The notes beneath the pieces were generated by a model. The model saw nothing but the letters and a program-made list of their open reading frames with translations, was not told where the DNA came from and ran no database searches. A stretch of DNA of 64,000 nucleotides, taken from NCBI GenBank assembly GCA_963664225.1, contig OY760937.1, positions 1,344,001-1,408,000 on the forward strand. The letters are read 5' to 3'. Every line of letters starts with the position of its first letter. Position 1 is the first letter of the stretch. This DNA is from Verrucomicrobiia bacterium (GTDB taxonomy: Bacteria > Verrucomicrobiota > Verrucomicrobiia > Limisphaerales > UBA1319). Made by a program: the position numbers and the translations under genes. Below, piece by piece: positions 37,202 through 46,885 of this stretch.

Positions 37202-39904
37202 TCAGGTGTTGGTTTTTGGCTTTGCATCGTTTTTGGCAGCGTCTTTTCGGATTTCCCGCTCAGCCTCCTCCCAGTCCTGAACTGCTGAACTGTCCTTGCG
37301 GCCTCGATCCTCGTAGAGTTCATAGGCTCGCTTGGCGATTTGTGATTTCAAATCTGACGGCATAATGGCTTTGGCCTCAGGTTTAGACTGCTCCTTCGCT
37401 TTAGGCTGAAGATCCTCGTTGGTTTCGGTTTTTTTGGCCGCGACATTTAGAACACGCCATTTGATCATCGCGACTTTCACGACGTCGTTGATGACCAGAC
37501 ACGAAACCATTGCATAGACGAAAATCGCGAGCATCTGCAACCAAGGCAATGGCATGAGTCCCGGAAGCCCAACGCGCGTCAGGGCTGTTCCCGTGAGCGC
37601 ATCCACCGCGATCGCCGACAGAAAGGTCTTGCTGGGCAGCGTCGCCCAAAACCAGTGGCGTTCCCGCGCGGACACGACAGAGAATATGGCAAAGTAGAGC
37701 AGCATCAGGAAGCTGAAGGTGTAGAGGGCGTTGTTGTTGTTTGCCAGGCCGAAATGCGACCATGAGAACCACAAAAGGAGCAGCGTCTCAGCCACCATCG
37801 CGATACCTAACACCACAGACACCGTGATGAAACCTCCGATGTTCCATGTTTCCGGTTTCTTGGATGGCCGGACATTGTCGGTAGCCAGGGAGATTTTTGC
37901 AAAGTCCGTCATGAAGACCAGCAGTAGCATCGCAAAAGCTGAGACGACGAACTTGCCGGTGACAACGAACGCGATGGCTACGAATGCTGCCTTCAAAATG
38001 GTCCGGCTGATCTTGTTGATGATCCACGTCAGAATGCGCTGGTAAATTGTCCGGCCCTGCTCGACCAATGCCACGATGTTCGTCAATCCTGCTTCGGTTA
38101 GGACGACGCTTGCCGCACCCTTGGCCACGTCGGTCGCGGAGCTAACGGCGATGCCTACTTCAGCCTGACGGAGCGCGGGTGCGTCATTGACCCCGTCGCC
38201 TGTCATCCCTGTAACATGTCCCGCAATTTGCAAATGTTTTACGACCGTATATTTGTCTTCTGGAAACACCTCTGCGAAACCATCGGCGCCCGCGAACAAA
38301 TCAACCGCCTGGTCGCCAGTCTTCAGGTCGGCCATTGGCCGTATGTTTGGCAACCCGACTCCCTGGCCGATTTCACGTGCGACTGCCAGCGCGTCGCCGG
38401 TGAGCATCTTTACTGGAACGCCGAGGTCATGAAGTGTGGCGATGAGTTGCCTGGCGTCCGGTCGTGGCGGATCATATAACGACACGAGTCCAACCAAGGC
38501 TATGGAACCTGACTCGGGACCGAGCGCTACCGCCAGCGTTCGATAACCCTTCGCGGCGGATTCACTGACACGAGCCTCCAGTGCTTCGATTGCCGGGGGC
38601 TGGAGTCCGCAGGCTTCCGCGATGGTGCGCACGGCACCTTTCATCACGTGCAACCGCTGCCCGTTCTGCTCAACCACGGCTTCCGTTCGCCGGTTTTTCG
38701 CATCAAAAGGCGCGAACGAGACAGGCGTAACCTTGGGAAGGTTGTCGAAAACGTGCCGCTCCTTTGCTGCGGTGAGAAACGCGTGGTCAATTGGATCCTG
38801 ATCGGCTTCCTGCGACGCGAGTGCGCCAGCGAATAGCACGTCAGCTTCGGTCGCATGCTCCAGCGGAATCACGCCAGTGACAGCCAATTGGTTCATCGTG
38901 ATCGTGCCTGTTTTATCGACGCAGAGGACATCCATGGTTGCGGCATCCTCCGCAGCGCTGAGGCGTGTGACGAGAACACCCCGCTTGGCCAGTTCCTTCG
39001 AACCGACAGCCATGCTGACCGTGAACATGACTGGTAGGGCGACCGGCACTGCGCTCATCAGTAGAACTAGAATTAGCGAAACCATCTCCAGAAGCGGCGA
39101 GCCGCGAATTAGTGACAGCACAACGACCATGCAAAGCAACGCACCTACGATGACAAAGAGCCAGCGGACGACTTTCGCCACCACCGCTTCAATATGAAGC
39201 TTTGGACGCGCTTCCTGCACCAACTGCGTGGTGCGGCCGAAGTAGGTCTTCGCGCCGGTCAGCATGACTACGCCGTTACCTTCGCCCCGGCGCACGACGG
39301 ATCCCGACGAAAGCACTTCGCCCGGCTTCTTATCTGCGTCTTTCGATTCGCCAGTGAGGGCCGATTGGTCAACGCTCAACGAACCCGTGAGAAGTTTAAC
39401 GTCGGCTGGAATGATGTCACCGGGACGCACGCGGAGGATGTCGCCGGGAACCAACTCCCGTGCGGGAATGACTTGCCAGATCGATTCGCGCCGAACCCGC
39501 GCATTAACCTGCAACCGTTTCCGGAGCGTCTCAACGACCCCAGCGGCCCGGTTCTCCTGCATAAAACTCAACACGGCGTTGATTACCAGCAGTGCGCCTA
39601 CCACAATGAGGTCCGAATATTTTCCGAGAACAGCAGATAGAACCATGATTAGTTCGAGCATCCACGCCGAGATACCCCAAAACTTTTTTAGGAATTTGAG
39701 AACGGGATGGCTTTTCTTTTCGCTCACTTCGTTGTAGCCGTCCTTTTTTCGACGGGTTTCCACCTCACCAAGTGAAAGCCCGGTGTCGGGATTAACTTTA
39801 AGCGACGCGAGCGTGTCGGGAACCGACGCAGAGGCAATGTCCGGGGGCTTGCTGTCGGCTGGCTTCGAGGATGCCTGCCCCATTTCAGGCTTATTTGTGG
39901 TCAT
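37202..39904 (-). CDS. P3A-type proton-exporting P-type ATPase with C-terminal DUF2934 domain
   Basis: TGES, PVALPV, DKTGT, DPPR, MLTGD and GDGVNDAP motifs; tail IAKRAYELYEDRGRKDSSAVQDWEEAEREI. Confidence 0.9.
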   Translation of the reverse strand: MTTNKPEMGQASSKPADSKPPDIASASVPDTLASLKVNPDTGLSLGEVETRRKKDGYNEVSEKKSHPVLKFLKKFWGISAWMLELIMVLSAVLGKYSDLIVVGALLVINAVLSFMQENRAAGVVETLRKRLQVNARVRRESIWQVIPARELVPGDILRVRPGDIIPADVKLLTGSLSVDQSALTGESKDADKKPGEVLSSGSVVRRGEGNGVVMLTGAKTYFGRTTQLVQEARPKLHIEAVVAKVVRWLFVIVGALLCMVVVLSLIRGSPLLEMVSLILVLLMSAVPVALPVMFTVSMAVGSKELAKRGVLVTRLSAAEDAATMDVLCVDKTGTITMNQLAVTGVIPLEHATEADVLFAGALASQEADQDPIDHAFLTAAKERHVFDNLPKVTPVSFAPFDAKNRRTEAVVEQNGQRLHVMKGAVRTIAEACGLQPPAIEALEARVSESAAKGYRTLAVALGPESGSIALVGLVSLYDPPRPDARQLIATLHDLGVPVKMLTGDALAVAREIGQGVGLPNIRPMADLKTGDQAVDLFAGADGFAEVFPEDKYTVVKHLQIAGHVTGMTGDGVNDAPALRQAEVGIAVSSATDVAKGAASVVLTEAGLTNIVALVEQGRTIYQRILTWIINKISRTILKAAFVAIAFVVTGKFVVSAFAMLLLVFMTDFAKISLATDNVRPSKKPETWNIGGFITVSVVLGIAMVAETLLLLWFSWSHFGLANNNNALYTFSFLMLLYFAIFSVVSARERHWFWATLPSKTFLSAIAVDALTGTALTRVGLPGLMPLPWLQMLAIFVYAMVSCLVINDVVKVAMIKWRVLNVAAKKTETNEDLQPKAKEQSKPEAKAIMPSDLKSQIAKRAYELYEDRGRKDSSAVQDWEEAEREIRKDAAKNDAKPKTNT

Positions 39905-39917
39905 TGTTCCTGGGTGT

Positions 39918-41870
39918 TTAATTTACGGCAATATCCACAAACGGCGGGATTGGGCAATCCAGCGTTTCGGCGATTGCTCGGAGCAATTCGGCTTCACTTT
40001 CCTGGATCAAACCATCAGCGCCGACGACATGCACGCAGGCTTCAATGAGATTCTTTTTGATCTGCGGCACGGCCAGTGCCAGGCGATCGAGAGCGGCATC
40101 GAGTTGTTCCAATCCACATGCTTCGAGGGGTAGGAGTTGGAGGCCATCCGCTTGTGCCCGCAGGTAGGGGGCGCCCGCCTGGAATGCCTTCTCAACAGTG
40201 TCAGCATTACTGCTGCTGAGGTTTCCCAGGGCGGAGAGCACGACGCTGCACGCCGGCAGGAGCGGTTTGAGCGTGTAGTATTGAATGGAGGCCGGATGGG
40301 TTTCACTCAACTGAGACGCGAGGTGACGGCGGACGATTTTCTGAAGTACGAATTCAAACAGTTCTACCCGGCCGTCGCTCTCAATGAGCCATTGCAGAGC
40401 CTGGTTGAACCGCTCAAACTCGTCAGGTCGAAGCAGGCGTAAGGCCGGCAGTGCAAGGTTTGCGAGGGGCAGACGCGCGCGCGAGGCGATGGACGAGATT
40501 TCAGGCCAGAGCGAGGCGGTTGTTTCGCCCACCTCCGGTGTGGCCCGCCTGGAAAGTTCGGTGAGTTGCTCGGCGCGTAGCGTGTCATCTGTGCTGAGAA
40601 GCATCGCGTAAAAAAGAGCTACGGCGTCGAGCGGTTCGCGTGCGGCGGATTGGATCTTTTCCGAGAATGAATTCCGCAATTCCACGGCATAGCGCAAGTG
40701 CAGAGGTGTTGGTTTGCCCAGGTTTGGCATCACAGTTGCCACTTGAATGGTGTTGGCAGAGAGGTCATTGGCTCCTGCCTGCGCACTCGGCATCCCGGGA
40801 ATCGGAGGGAACGGAAATTGGGACAATGGCGACTTTGACGGTCCTCGCGAAGATTCCGCTTCGCCCGCATTGAGGCTGATCCGCTTGAATTTCCCGTCCC
40901 AGGCCGGATCAATGGCGCGGATGCGCTCCTCGAGTGGCGGGTGGGTGGCCATCGAATTGAGGAACGATTTGCCCAAGGCGTTGCCGAAAAACATGTGGCT
41001 GGCTTCCCCGGCGTGAGCGGATTCGACCATGGATCCGGCGGCACCTATTTTTTGCAGCGCCCCTGAGAGCCCGTATGGATTGCGCGTGAACTGAACCGAG
41101 GAGGCATCAGCCAGAAATTCGCGTTGCCGACTTAGGGCAGCCTGAATGAGCCGGCCAAAGAATACGCCGATTGAGCCGATGACAATCAGGGCCAGCCCAA
41201 GGAGCATTAGAGGATTTTTGTCCTTGCCGCCCCGCGAATAGATCAATACCCGGCCGATCACCGCGAGGCAGAGGATGCCGAAGATGACTCCCATGAGCCG
41301 CAGATTCAGACGCATATCGCCATTGAGGATGTGACTGAACTCGTGGCCGATGACGCCCTGCAATTCATCCCGATTAAGCAAGGTCATGCAACCGCGTGTA
41401 ACGCCGATGGCGGCATCACCCGGCGCGTGGCCTGCCGCAAAGGCGTTGATGCCTTTTTCCTCGTCGAGGACATATATTTTGGGGACGGGCACACCGGAGG
41501 CAATGGCCATTTCCTCGATCACGTTCCGAAGTTTGCGCTCATCGGGATGGGTCGTGTTTGGATTGAGCAGGCGTCCGCCGAGCGATTCGGCGACAGCGCT
41601 GCCTCCCTCGGCCAAAGCGGCGATTTTATAGAGGCTGCCGACCGCTACAATGAAGAGAGTGCCTATCGTAACGTAAAGGAAAAGCATGGGATCCCACAAG
41701 ATGAGTTCCGGAAGAGTGCCGTCAGGCCTCTGTTTGGCGTGCGTGCCGTAAAAAATCAGCACGCTGGCGAAATAAATCGACACGATGATGCACGCGACGG
41801 CGATTATAAAATACGCCACCAGCACTCTTGTTTTCTTCCTGGCTTTGTCCTGATGTTCAAAAAAATCCAT
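39918..41870 (-). CDS. M48 (HtpX-like) metallopeptidase with extended C-terminus
   Basis: MDFFEHQ, INAFAAG, HEFSH, SRQREFLADA and THPP motifs. Confidence 0.9.
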   Translation of the reverse strand: MDFFEHQDKARKKTRVLVAYFIIAVACIIVSIYFASVLIFYGTHAKQRPDGTLPELILWDPMLFLYVTIGTLFIVAVGSLYKIAALAEGGSAVAESLGGRLLNPNTTHPDERKLRNVIEEMAIASGVPVPKIYVLDEEKGINAFAAGHAPGDAAIGVTRGCMTLLNRDELQGVIGHEFSHILNGDMRLNLRLMGVIFGILCLAVIGRVLIYSRGGKDKNPLMLLGLALIVIGSIGVFFGRLIQAALSRQREFLADASSVQFTRNPYGLSGALQKIGAAGSMVESAHAGEASHMFFGNALGKSFLNSMATHPPLEERIRAIDPAWDGKFKRISLNAGEAESSRGPSKSPLSQFPFPPIPGMPSAQAGANDLSANTIQVATVMPNLGKPTPLHLRYAVELRNSFSEKIQSAAREPLDAVALFYAMLLSTDDTLRAEQLTELSRRATPEVGETTASLWPEISSIASRARLPLANLALPALRLLRPDEFERFNQALQWLIESDGRVELFEFVLQKIVRRHLASQLSETHPASIQYYTLKPLLPACSVVLSALGNLSSSNADTVEKAFQAGAPYLRAQADGLQLLPLEACGLEQLDAALDRLALAVPQIKKNLIEACVHVVGADGLIQESEAELLRAIAETLDCPIPPFVDIAVN

Positions 41871-41958
41871 GTTTATAGATCATTGCGTGGTTGAAGCGTT
41901 CAAACTGTCCCAGGTCCATTGATTCAATGGATCCATGGAAATATGGCGCCAGCCTGAT

Positions 41959-42561
41959 TCATGAGAATGAAATATTCGGCGCTTCCCTTTGCTCCGGCTT
42001 CTCGATGGCAAACAACTCAGCGGCGGTGAAGTGGAACGTGTTGGCGATGACGCTGCTGGGAAAAACTTCCCGCTGTGTGTTGTAGGCCATGACCGAGTCG
42101 TTATACGCCTGCCGGGTGAAGGAGACTTTATTTTCTGTCGAGGTCAGTTCCTCCATAAGGTTCAGCATTGTCGTATTCGCTTTTAGGTCGGGATACGCCT
42201 CGGAGAGCGCGAAAAGTCGACCGAGCGCACCTGTGAGCGCGCCTTCGGCGCTGCCGAGTTGCTTCATGGAGGCAGGATCGCCGGGATTGGCGGCGGCACC
42301 CGCATTTGCGGAAGACGCGGCGTTGCGCGCAACGATGACGGCTTCGAGTGTGCCGCGTTCGTGTTTGAGGTAACCTTTGGCGGTTTCGACCAGGTTCGGA
42401 ATCAGGTCGTATCGCCGCTTGAGCTGCACATCTATCTGGGCGTAGGCGTTTTTGAAACGATTGCGCAATCCGACGAGTTTATTGTAGATGCTGACAACGA
42501 AGAGCACCGCAAAAAGTGCCAGCGCAGCCAACACAATGACGACGATCACGATTGGATTCAT
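41959..42561 (-). CDS. lemA: LemA family protein
   Basis: YN.LV, QIDVQLKRRYDLIPNLVE, EAYPDLKA and TENK...RQAYN motifs. Confidence 0.93.
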   Translation of the reverse strand: MNPIVIVVIVLAALALFAVLFVVSIYNKLVGLRNRFKNAYAQIDVQLKRRYDLIPNLVETAKGYLKHERGTLEAVIVARNAASSANAGAAANPGDPASMKQLGSAEGALTGALGRLFALSEAYPDLKANTTMLNLMEELTSTENKVSFTRQAYNDSVMAYNTQREVFPSSVIANTFHFTAAELFAIEKPEQREAPNISFS

Positions 42562-42632
42562 AATAATACGTATTCTTTGGTTGATTTCTCGGTTGTCATT
42601 CTGTTGTTCTCACCAGTGGTCATTTAAAGCAG

Positions 42633-42980
42633 TTAAAAATGTGGCCGGGCCGCGTCTTCAAGGAACACGATTCCAACTCCTCCAAGTGATTGGACTGGAG
42701 GACGCGGAGTTAACCGGTATGATCCGGAGGAAAGACAAAGAGTCAGGCAGCGTGCTTCAAACTGGGAATGCCACTGGTCGATCAGCGCAGGGCATTTGGC
42801 CACGCCTGCCCACTGGTTTCCCGCGATTAAGCCGAAGCAATGGGACATCATGCTGCCAAAGCGGGAGGCCGCGAGTGCAACGAGAAACGAGCTGTTGGCG
42901 CTGCCAAACAGCAATTTCGCGCATTTGGTGCTATCACCGAAAAACACATTCAGGGCCATGAGTTGCATGATGTGCTCCAT
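42633..42980 (-). CDS. Hypothetical protein
   Basis: 115-aa ORF between a TATGGGGT box and lemA; no recognised motif. Confidence 0.3.
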   Translation of the reverse strand: MEHIMQLMALNVFFGDSTKCAKLLFGSANSSFLVALAASRFGSMMSHCFGLIAGNQWAGVAKCPALIDQWHSQFEARCLTLCLSSGSYRLTPRPPVQSLGGVGIVFLEDAARPHF

Positions 42981-43089
42981 TCCTTTTCCTTCAGTGTTGG
43001 TGGTCGTTGTATATCACACTTCAGAAACCAATTCGACGACAATCTGCTCAGTTTCTCACATTAATGTTGCACCGAAATGTGTGGTTTAG

Positions 43090-43108
43090 CTATGGGGTGA
43101 AACCCCAC
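43090..43108. promoter_or_regulatory. TATGGGGT-box copy 5 (CTATGGGGTGAAACCCCAC)
   Basis: TGGGGT-GAA-ACCCCA palindrome at the head of the lemA block; TAATGT -10-like hexamer on the minus strand near 43058-43063. Confidence 0.68.
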
Positions 43109-43213
43109 TATGGATTGTAAAACACTTCCAGCCGAAGAGGTTCCAGGCGATTTTCCTTTTAAAGAACTTGCAGCTGTGACGCCGCCATCGAATCCTTGAA
43201 GCACATTTCCTGA

Positions 43214-43690
43214 GGGAGCTTCACCTCGCGCCTGAGCATGAACCTGCGCGAGGACAAGCATTGCTCCTATGGCGTGCGTTCTTCGATTGTGGATGCGATC
43301 GGTCAGCGGCCCTTCCTTGTTGTCGCTCCCGGTCAAAGGGACAAGACCAGGAAAGCCGTCCAAGAGTTAAGCCGGGAGTTAAAAGGGATGGTGGGCTCGC
43401 GACTGGCGTCTGCGGAGGAACTCGCCAAGGCGCAGAAGGACGAAACCGTTACGCTTGCGGACCGATAGGCAATCAGCTCTTCGGCCGCACATTCCATTGG
43501 CGAAATCGTTAATTGTGGCCTCCCGGCGGACTGCTTCATTAAACATTCAGACACTGTTCTTGAACTGAAGCTCGACGATCTGAGCCGCGCCGCTGGTGAA
43601 GTGGTCTATCCCGATCAGATGGTCTGGGGCGAACGTCATTGGCGCGGTTATCGAGACCGCCCACGTCGGAAACTCCTTGGCAGGGGAAGA
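43214..43690 (+). pseudogene. C-terminal fragment of an M16 (insulinase-like) peptidase
   Basis: GSFTSRLSMNLREDKHCSYG...RPF..AP...DKT, then a stop and frameshifts; no N-terminus. Confidence 0.65.
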
Positions 43691-43741
43691 TGGGATTGGG
43701 CTCGGTCTGACAGGTGCGCTGAGGATTCGTGCCATCGGCAT

Positions 43742-44470
43742 TCACGACAGTGTCAGATTGGATGGGGTTGTTGCCGATTTTAAAAGACCGTCTTCCATCT
43801 CATAGGTCCGGTCGAAGACATCCAACGAGCGCTGGTCGTGGGTGACCACGAGGACAGCCGCGCCACGTTCGTGAGCGACCTTGCCGAATAACTCCATCAC
43901 CTGGCGTCCGCGATGGCTGTCGAGGGCGGCGGTGGGTTCGTCGGCGAGAATGAGGTTTGGCTGATTGGCCAGCGCCCGGGCCACGGCCACGCGCTGCTGC
44001 TGGCCGCCGGAAAGCGCGTCGGGAAGGTTGTTTGCCCGGTCTGCCACGCCAAGGTAATCAAGCAACTCCATCGCGCGTTCCCGGGCCGCGTGTGCAGAGA
44101 CGTCGTTGATCTCCATTGCAATCGCAACATTTTCCAAGGCATTTAGGAACGGAATGAGATTCGCCTTCTGGAAAACGAAACCAAGATGTTTGCGGCGGTA
44201 AGCGCGCACGTCCACCAGGGCGCGGCTGCCATCCATCACCGGTTCTCCACCGATGATGATGCGTCCGGAGGTGGGTGGGTTGATGAGGCCGATGGCAGTG
44301 AGAAAAGTGGATTTTCCCGCGCCGCTTGGACCGAGCAGGGCCACGACTTCACCATGCGCCAGGATCACGGAAACGTCTTTCATAGCCACGACCTCGGTGT
44401 TGCCCGAGCCGTAGATTTTCGTCAGGGCGACGGCTTCCACCGCATTGGTGTTATTGGAGGTTGTGGTCAT
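43742..44470 (-). CDS. ABC transporter ATP-binding protein (MacB/LolD-like)
   Basis: GPSGAGKST, LSGGQQQR, ADEPT and VTHD motifs. Confidence 0.93.
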   Translation of the reverse strand: MTTTSNNTNAVEAVALTKIYGSGNTEVVAMKDVSVILAHGEVVALLGPSGAGKSTFLTAIGLINPPTSGRIIIGGEPVMDGSRALVDVRAYRRKHLGFVFQKANLIPFLNALENVAIAMEINDVSAHAARERAMELLDYLGVADRANNLPDALSGGQQQRVAVARALANQPNLILADEPTAALDSHRGRQVMELFGKVAHERGAAVLVVTHDQRSLDVFDRTYEMEDGLLKSATTPSNLTLS

Positions 44471-45678
44471 GATAATATCTTATTGGGTTCGACGCGCATG
44501 GCCTTGATGATGCCTACCAAACTTGCCAGCACGGAAATTCCCAACACGATGCCTGCCAGCGAGAGCAAGTCCTGTGGCTCGATGATCACGAATCGGGGAA
44601 ATCTCGGGAAGGCATATGTGCCCAGCCAATACGCCAGCCCATAACCGAGCGCTCCGATGAGCAACGCCTGCTGGAGAATCAGGCCGACAATCACACCGTT
44701 GCGCGCTCCCATTAACTTGAGCATGGCGATGTCGTGAATCTTGTCCATCGTGAGGGTGTAGATAATGAGCGCCATGATGATGGTCGAGATGATGATGAGC
44801 AGAGCGCGGAAGAGGCCGAGCTGGCGCCTGGCCTTGTCCACCATGCCGGAAAGCAGCAAGTCCACCTGCTGCTGTTTGGAATAGACTGTAACGTCCGGCC
44901 ACTTCGAGATGGTTCCGGAGACCTTCGCCACATCCGCCCCAGGCTGAAGGGTCAACATGATGGCGCTGACTTGAGGTGGCGCAAGGGCAGGAATGCCGCT
45001 GACGGGACCCATGGCGCGTTCGAGCAATAGGGGTTGCACACGGCCAATATCCTGGGCCTCGGCCCGCGTGCGACGCGATTGGCGTTCCAATCGGCTGACT
45101 TCTCCGGGCAGATCGAATTGAATGGCTTCCGCGTCGCTTGTCGTAAAAAAGCACAAGCCGTCGCCTCCGGTGCCAACCATGCCGCTGGTAATGCCAACGA
45201 CCTGGTAAATGTCCTTTCCGAGCTTTAATTTCTCACCGAGTCCCAGCTTCAAAGAGCGGTCTGCAATCATTTCAAAATGCGCATTCCTCAAGGGACGTCC
45301 CGAAATCAGTTTCACCCAATCGCCCCTGTCTTCAGGCCAGGAAAGTCCCTGCACCACCATGCGCAGCGTTTGGCCGCGATGCTCACGTTGAATTGTGTGT
45401 GAGACGAAGCGTCGCGCTCCAGCCACACCTGGCACGGCGCGCACCCGATCTTCCAGATTGGCAGGCATGCGCGAGATTTCCGCGAATGGCCCACGTGTGC
45501 TCCCTTGAACGACCCAAAGGTCGGCGCCGATGTTGTCCACGAGCAGTGTGGCTTCACGAATCAGTCCCCTGTAAATGCCGCCCATGCCCATCACGATCAT
45601 GAGGAGCAGGCCGATGCCGACGGTGGTTAATGCAAACCGACCGAAGTTGTGGCGAATGTCTTTGATTGCAAGGTTCAT
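44467..45678 (-). CDS. ABC transporter permease (MacB/FtsX-like)
   Basis: One N-terminal TM, large periplasmic domain, IAMLKLMGA and three C-terminal TMs. Confidence 0.9.
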   Translation of the reverse strand: MNLAIKDIRHNFGRFALTTVGIGLLLMIVMGMGGIYRGLIREATLLVDNIGADLWVVQGSTRGPFAEISRMPANLEDRVRAVPGVAGARRFVSHTIQREHRGQTLRMVVQGLSWPEDRGDWVKLISGRPLRNAHFEMIADRSLKLGLGEKLKLGKDIYQVVGITSGMVGTGGDGLCFFTTSDAEAIQFDLPGEVSRLERQSRRTRAEAQDIGRVQPLLLERAMGPVSGIPALAPPQVSAIMLTLQPGADVAKVSGTISKWPDVTVYSKQQQVDLLLSGMVDKARRQLGLFRALLIIISTIIMALIIYTLTMDKIHDIAMLKLMGARNGVIVGLILQQALLIGALGYGLAYWLGTYAFPRFPRFVIIEPQDLLSLAGIVLGISVLASLVGIIKAMRVEPNKILS

Positions 45679-46847
45679 TGCAGGGCGACCTTTTGGCCGG
45701 GTTTGAGGGACGTTTGCCTGGAATCAAGCGGAGCAACGACTTGTTCTCCGGCCGACAAACCCCGGGTAATTTCAACTGTCTCACTTCCCCGCAAGCCGAG
45801 CGACACATCACGCCATGCGGCATGTCCTTTTTCCGAGACGAACACACCCGGTTTACCCGCTCGCCATTGAATAAATTGCTGCGGCACAACCAGGGCATCC
45901 GTTTTGCGCCCGGTCTCGATGAATACCTCGGCACGCTGGCCCACGGTCCAGTTGGCCGGCAGATTATTGACGGCAACATCCACCAGGAATTCGCGCGTCT
46001 CCCGGTCCGTTTCGCGACCGAGCCGCTTAACCGTCCCGGGATGATTTTTCTCAGATTCAGAACGGAATACCACGCGCGCCGTCTGGCCGGTGGCCAGGCC
46101 AGCGGACGCGGTTTCGTCCACCCAGGCGGACACCCAGATTTCATTGGTTGAGATTATTTGAAGGATCGAACTGCCGGGGACGACCACGCCACCCGCATCC
46201 CGGTCGCGTCGTGTGACCAGACCGTCATACGGGCTGAGAATCCGGGTGAAACTCAACCGCTCCTGTTGATAGGCCAGGTTTTTCTCCGCTGTGATGATTT
46301 GCCGTCGTGCCTCCACCGTGGCGGCGCGGGCGCGTTGAAGGTCGGCTTCCGCCACGCGCAGCAGCTCGATGGCTTTGTCGAATTCGGATTGCGAACTGAC
46401 TTTTGTGCTGACGAGTTCGGACACGCGTTTGTGGTCCTGTTGTGCCTGCACCTCCACCGCCTGGGCGCGGGCTTCATCCGCCAGAACGCGTTCGGCGGTG
46501 GACTTCGCCGCGGCAACGGTTGCCTCAGCGACTTCCACCTGACCCTTGAGTTCGCCATCATCGAGGCGGGCCAGCAACTGCCCGGCTTTGACAGAATCGT
46601 TTTGGTCCACAAGCACCTCCGCCAGCCGCTCCTGGATTTGCGGGCTGATGGTGGTCTTGATCCGGGCTTCGAGAGTGCCCGTGCCCATGACCTCGGCGGT
46701 GATGGGACCATTTTTGACTTCGTAACCGAGCACGCGCGTTGGAGCGAATTTTACGCGGTAAAGCAGGACGAGGACGATGGCCACCAGCGCAATCCATTTC
46801 GCTGACTTGCGGAGAACTGATAAAAAGCGGGTTCGTGATTCGTTCAT
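45675..46847 (-). CDS. Efflux periplasmic adaptor (MacA/HlyD-like)
   Basis: GTGTLEA, VK.GQLLARLD, coiled-coil hairpin and ILSPYDG motifs. Confidence 0.9.
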   Translation of the reverse strand: MNESRTRFLSVLRKSAKWIALVAIVLVLLYRVKFAPTRVLGYEVKNGPITAEVMGTGTLEARIKTTISPQIQERLAEVLVDQNDSVKAGQLLARLDDGELKGQVEVAEATVAAAKSTAERVLADEARAQAVEVQAQQDHKRVSELVSTKVSSQSEFDKAIELLRVAEADLQRARAATVEARRQIITAEKNLAYQQERLSFTRILSPYDGLVTRRDRDAGGVVVPGSSILQIISTNEIWVSAWVDETASAGLATGQTARVVFRSESEKNHPGTVKRLGRETDRETREFLVDVAVNNLPANWTVGQRAEVFIETGRKTDALVVPQQFIQWRAGKPGVFVSEKGHAAWRDVSLGLRGSETVEITRGLSAGEQVVAPLDSRQTSLKPGQKVALQ

Positions 46848-46885
46848 ATATGTAAGGGGCGGTGGGATATTTCAGCGACTGGGGG

